Assembly: GCA_964513505.1 (NCBI GenBank)
Contig: CAZENL010000003.1
Location: 8 to 64,007, forward strand
DNA length: 64,000 nucleotides
Direction: 5' to 3'
Origin: an uncultured Anaerolineaceae bacterium
GTDB lineage: Bacteria; Chloroflexota; Limnocylindria; Limnocylindrales; CSP1-4
Part shown: positions 63,211 through 64,000 of the stretch, in pieces
Position numbering within the stretch: the first letter of the stretch is position 1
Layout of the letters: every line of letters begins with the position of its first letter
Position numbers and translations under genes: made by a program
Notes under the pieces: model-generated
Told to the model about the DNA's origin: nothing
What the model saw: the letters and a program-made list of their open reading frames with translations, nothing else
The model's database searches: none

Positions 63211-64000
63211 ATGCCTGGTACGCACATCGAATCGTTCTGCGAGCGATGCGGCACAAAGTACGCCTTCGAGCAGCCGGTTCAGCGCGCCCGCATCCTGAAG
63301 GGCCTCGGCCGCACGCTGGGGTTCCTCCCCGAGGAGGAAGCATCCGAGACGGCCGCGGTGACCGCGCGCGACCCGTTCCACGGCCTGTTCCGCTTCTGCC
63401 TGGAGTGCCGCCAGTACACCTGCCCCGCCTGCTGGAATGAACAGGCCGGCTTCTGCCAGGGCTGCGTGCCGCTGCCGGAAAGCCGCGACATGGGAGATGC
63501 GGAGGCGTTCGCCGCGGTCGAGGCCGCCACGCACGTTCGCGAGGCGCTCGCGGAGATCCGCACGCTCGGCCAGGCCGAAGCGTGGCCGGACGCGGACCTG
63601 CCGCAGCTGGAGGTCGTGGCCGAGCCGGAGGTCGTGGCCGAGCCGGAGGTCGTGGCCGAGCCGGAGGTCGTTGCCGAGCCGGAGGTCGTGGCCGAGCCGG
63701 AGCCCGTTCCAACGTATCAACCGCTCATGCTCGTCCCGGAGAGTGCCGCCGAGGACGATGCTGCTCTGGCTGCCGTGGACGCCGTCGCCGAACCTGCGCC
63801 ATTCACGCTCGCGGCCCAGCCGACGCCTGGAGTCGTCCTGGACGACGAGCTCTTTGCGGGTCCCTGGGACGATGACGCATCGATCGCAGACGACTCGGAG
63901 ACGGTCGAAGACTGGTCGGTCCTCGCCGCAGAGATCGAGCCTGTGCCGTTGGCCGCCGAGGCTGAGCCGGAGTCCGAGCCAGAACAGGAGCCGATGGCCG
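63211..64000 (+). CDS. Zinc-ribbon protein with an acidic PEVVAE repeat region (3' end beyond the window)
   Basis: This gene is not in the ORF track because no stop falls in the window. The ATG at 63211 opens a stop-free frame to 64000 with GC-rich third positions. It has four CxxC pairs (CERC, CLEC, CPAC, CQGC) followed by a Glu/Pro/Ala/Val-rich region. Confidence 0.75.
   Translation, partial: MPGTHIESFCERCGTKYAFEQPVQRARILKGLGRTLGFLPEEEASETAAVTARDPFHGLFRFCLECRQYTCPACWNEQAGFCQGCVPLPESRDMGDAEAFAAVEAATHVREALAEIRTLGQAEAWPDADLPQLEVVAEPEVVAEPEVVAEPEVVAEPEVVAEPEPVPTYQPLMLVPESAAEDDAALAAVDAVAEPAPFTLAAQPTPGVVLDDELFAGPWDDDASIADDSETVEDWSVLAAEIEPVPLAAEAEPESEPEQEPMA
63610..63699. repeat. In-frame 18-bp tandem repeat, 5 units
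   Basis: The unit gaggtcgtggccgagccg occurs five times, with one g-to-t variant in unit 4. It encodes (EVVAEP)x5. Confidence 0.9.

Noticed and set aside
63610-63699. Tandem repeats at 851-898, 34856-34903 and 63610-63699 as a possible CRISPR or minisatellite
   Set aside because: The units are contiguous with no spacers. They are in-frame multiples of 3 within well-supported CDSs, so they encode peptide repeats.

Overview
The window is a GC-rich chromosomal segment, roughly 70% G+C by eye. Its gene content looks like a monoderm Actinomycetota- or Chloroflexota-like bacterium: an FhaA/FhaB-RodA-PbpA cluster, a T-box leader, many apparently leaderless genes and a DUF2342 metalloprotease. I support about 60 protein-coding genes, one tRNA with a CAU anticodon, one Trp T-box leader, several intrinsic terminators and a recurrent TAGACT-type -10 element. 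I saw no rRNA, CRISPR array, transposase, integrase or prophage signature.

Most of the window is housekeeping:
- Amino-acid and cell-wall metabolism: trpB2, serA with an aminotransferase, murI, and agmatinase.
- Proteostasis, GTPase and DNA maintenance: ftsH, ychF, rarA, the mrfA/mrfB repair pair and a UvrD-type helicase-nuclease.
- Other modules: a MoxR-DUF58-transglutaminase triad and the FHA-RodA-PBP2 module.

The most system-like and least explainable region is 6.6-14.3 kb, a translationally coupled five-gene cluster:
- an orphan periplasmic-binding-fold (PBP) protein;
- TelA;
- a PBP+vWA lipoprotein;
- an XpaC-like 2-TM protein;
- an unusual Clp-like AAA+ with two D1 modules and a dead D2 module.

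An orphan DnaB-C-type ATPase lies convergent to this cluster. A second TelA paralog sits in an NfeD-flotillin-TelA unit (40.7-43.5 kb), directly upstream of a helicase-nuclease that is start/stop-coupled to a small membrane protein.

Other notable items:
- a double LexA (SOS) box at the left edge of the window;
- a perfect 22-bp palindrome between the ftsB-like gene and mrfA;
- two genes whose conserved N-termini precede any canonical start codon;
- a 3'-truncated zinc-ribbon, acidic-repeat gene that is missing from the ORF track.

Many long ORFs in the track are GC-driven shadow frames and were rejected. All functional calls rest on motif recognition by eye; no database search was run.
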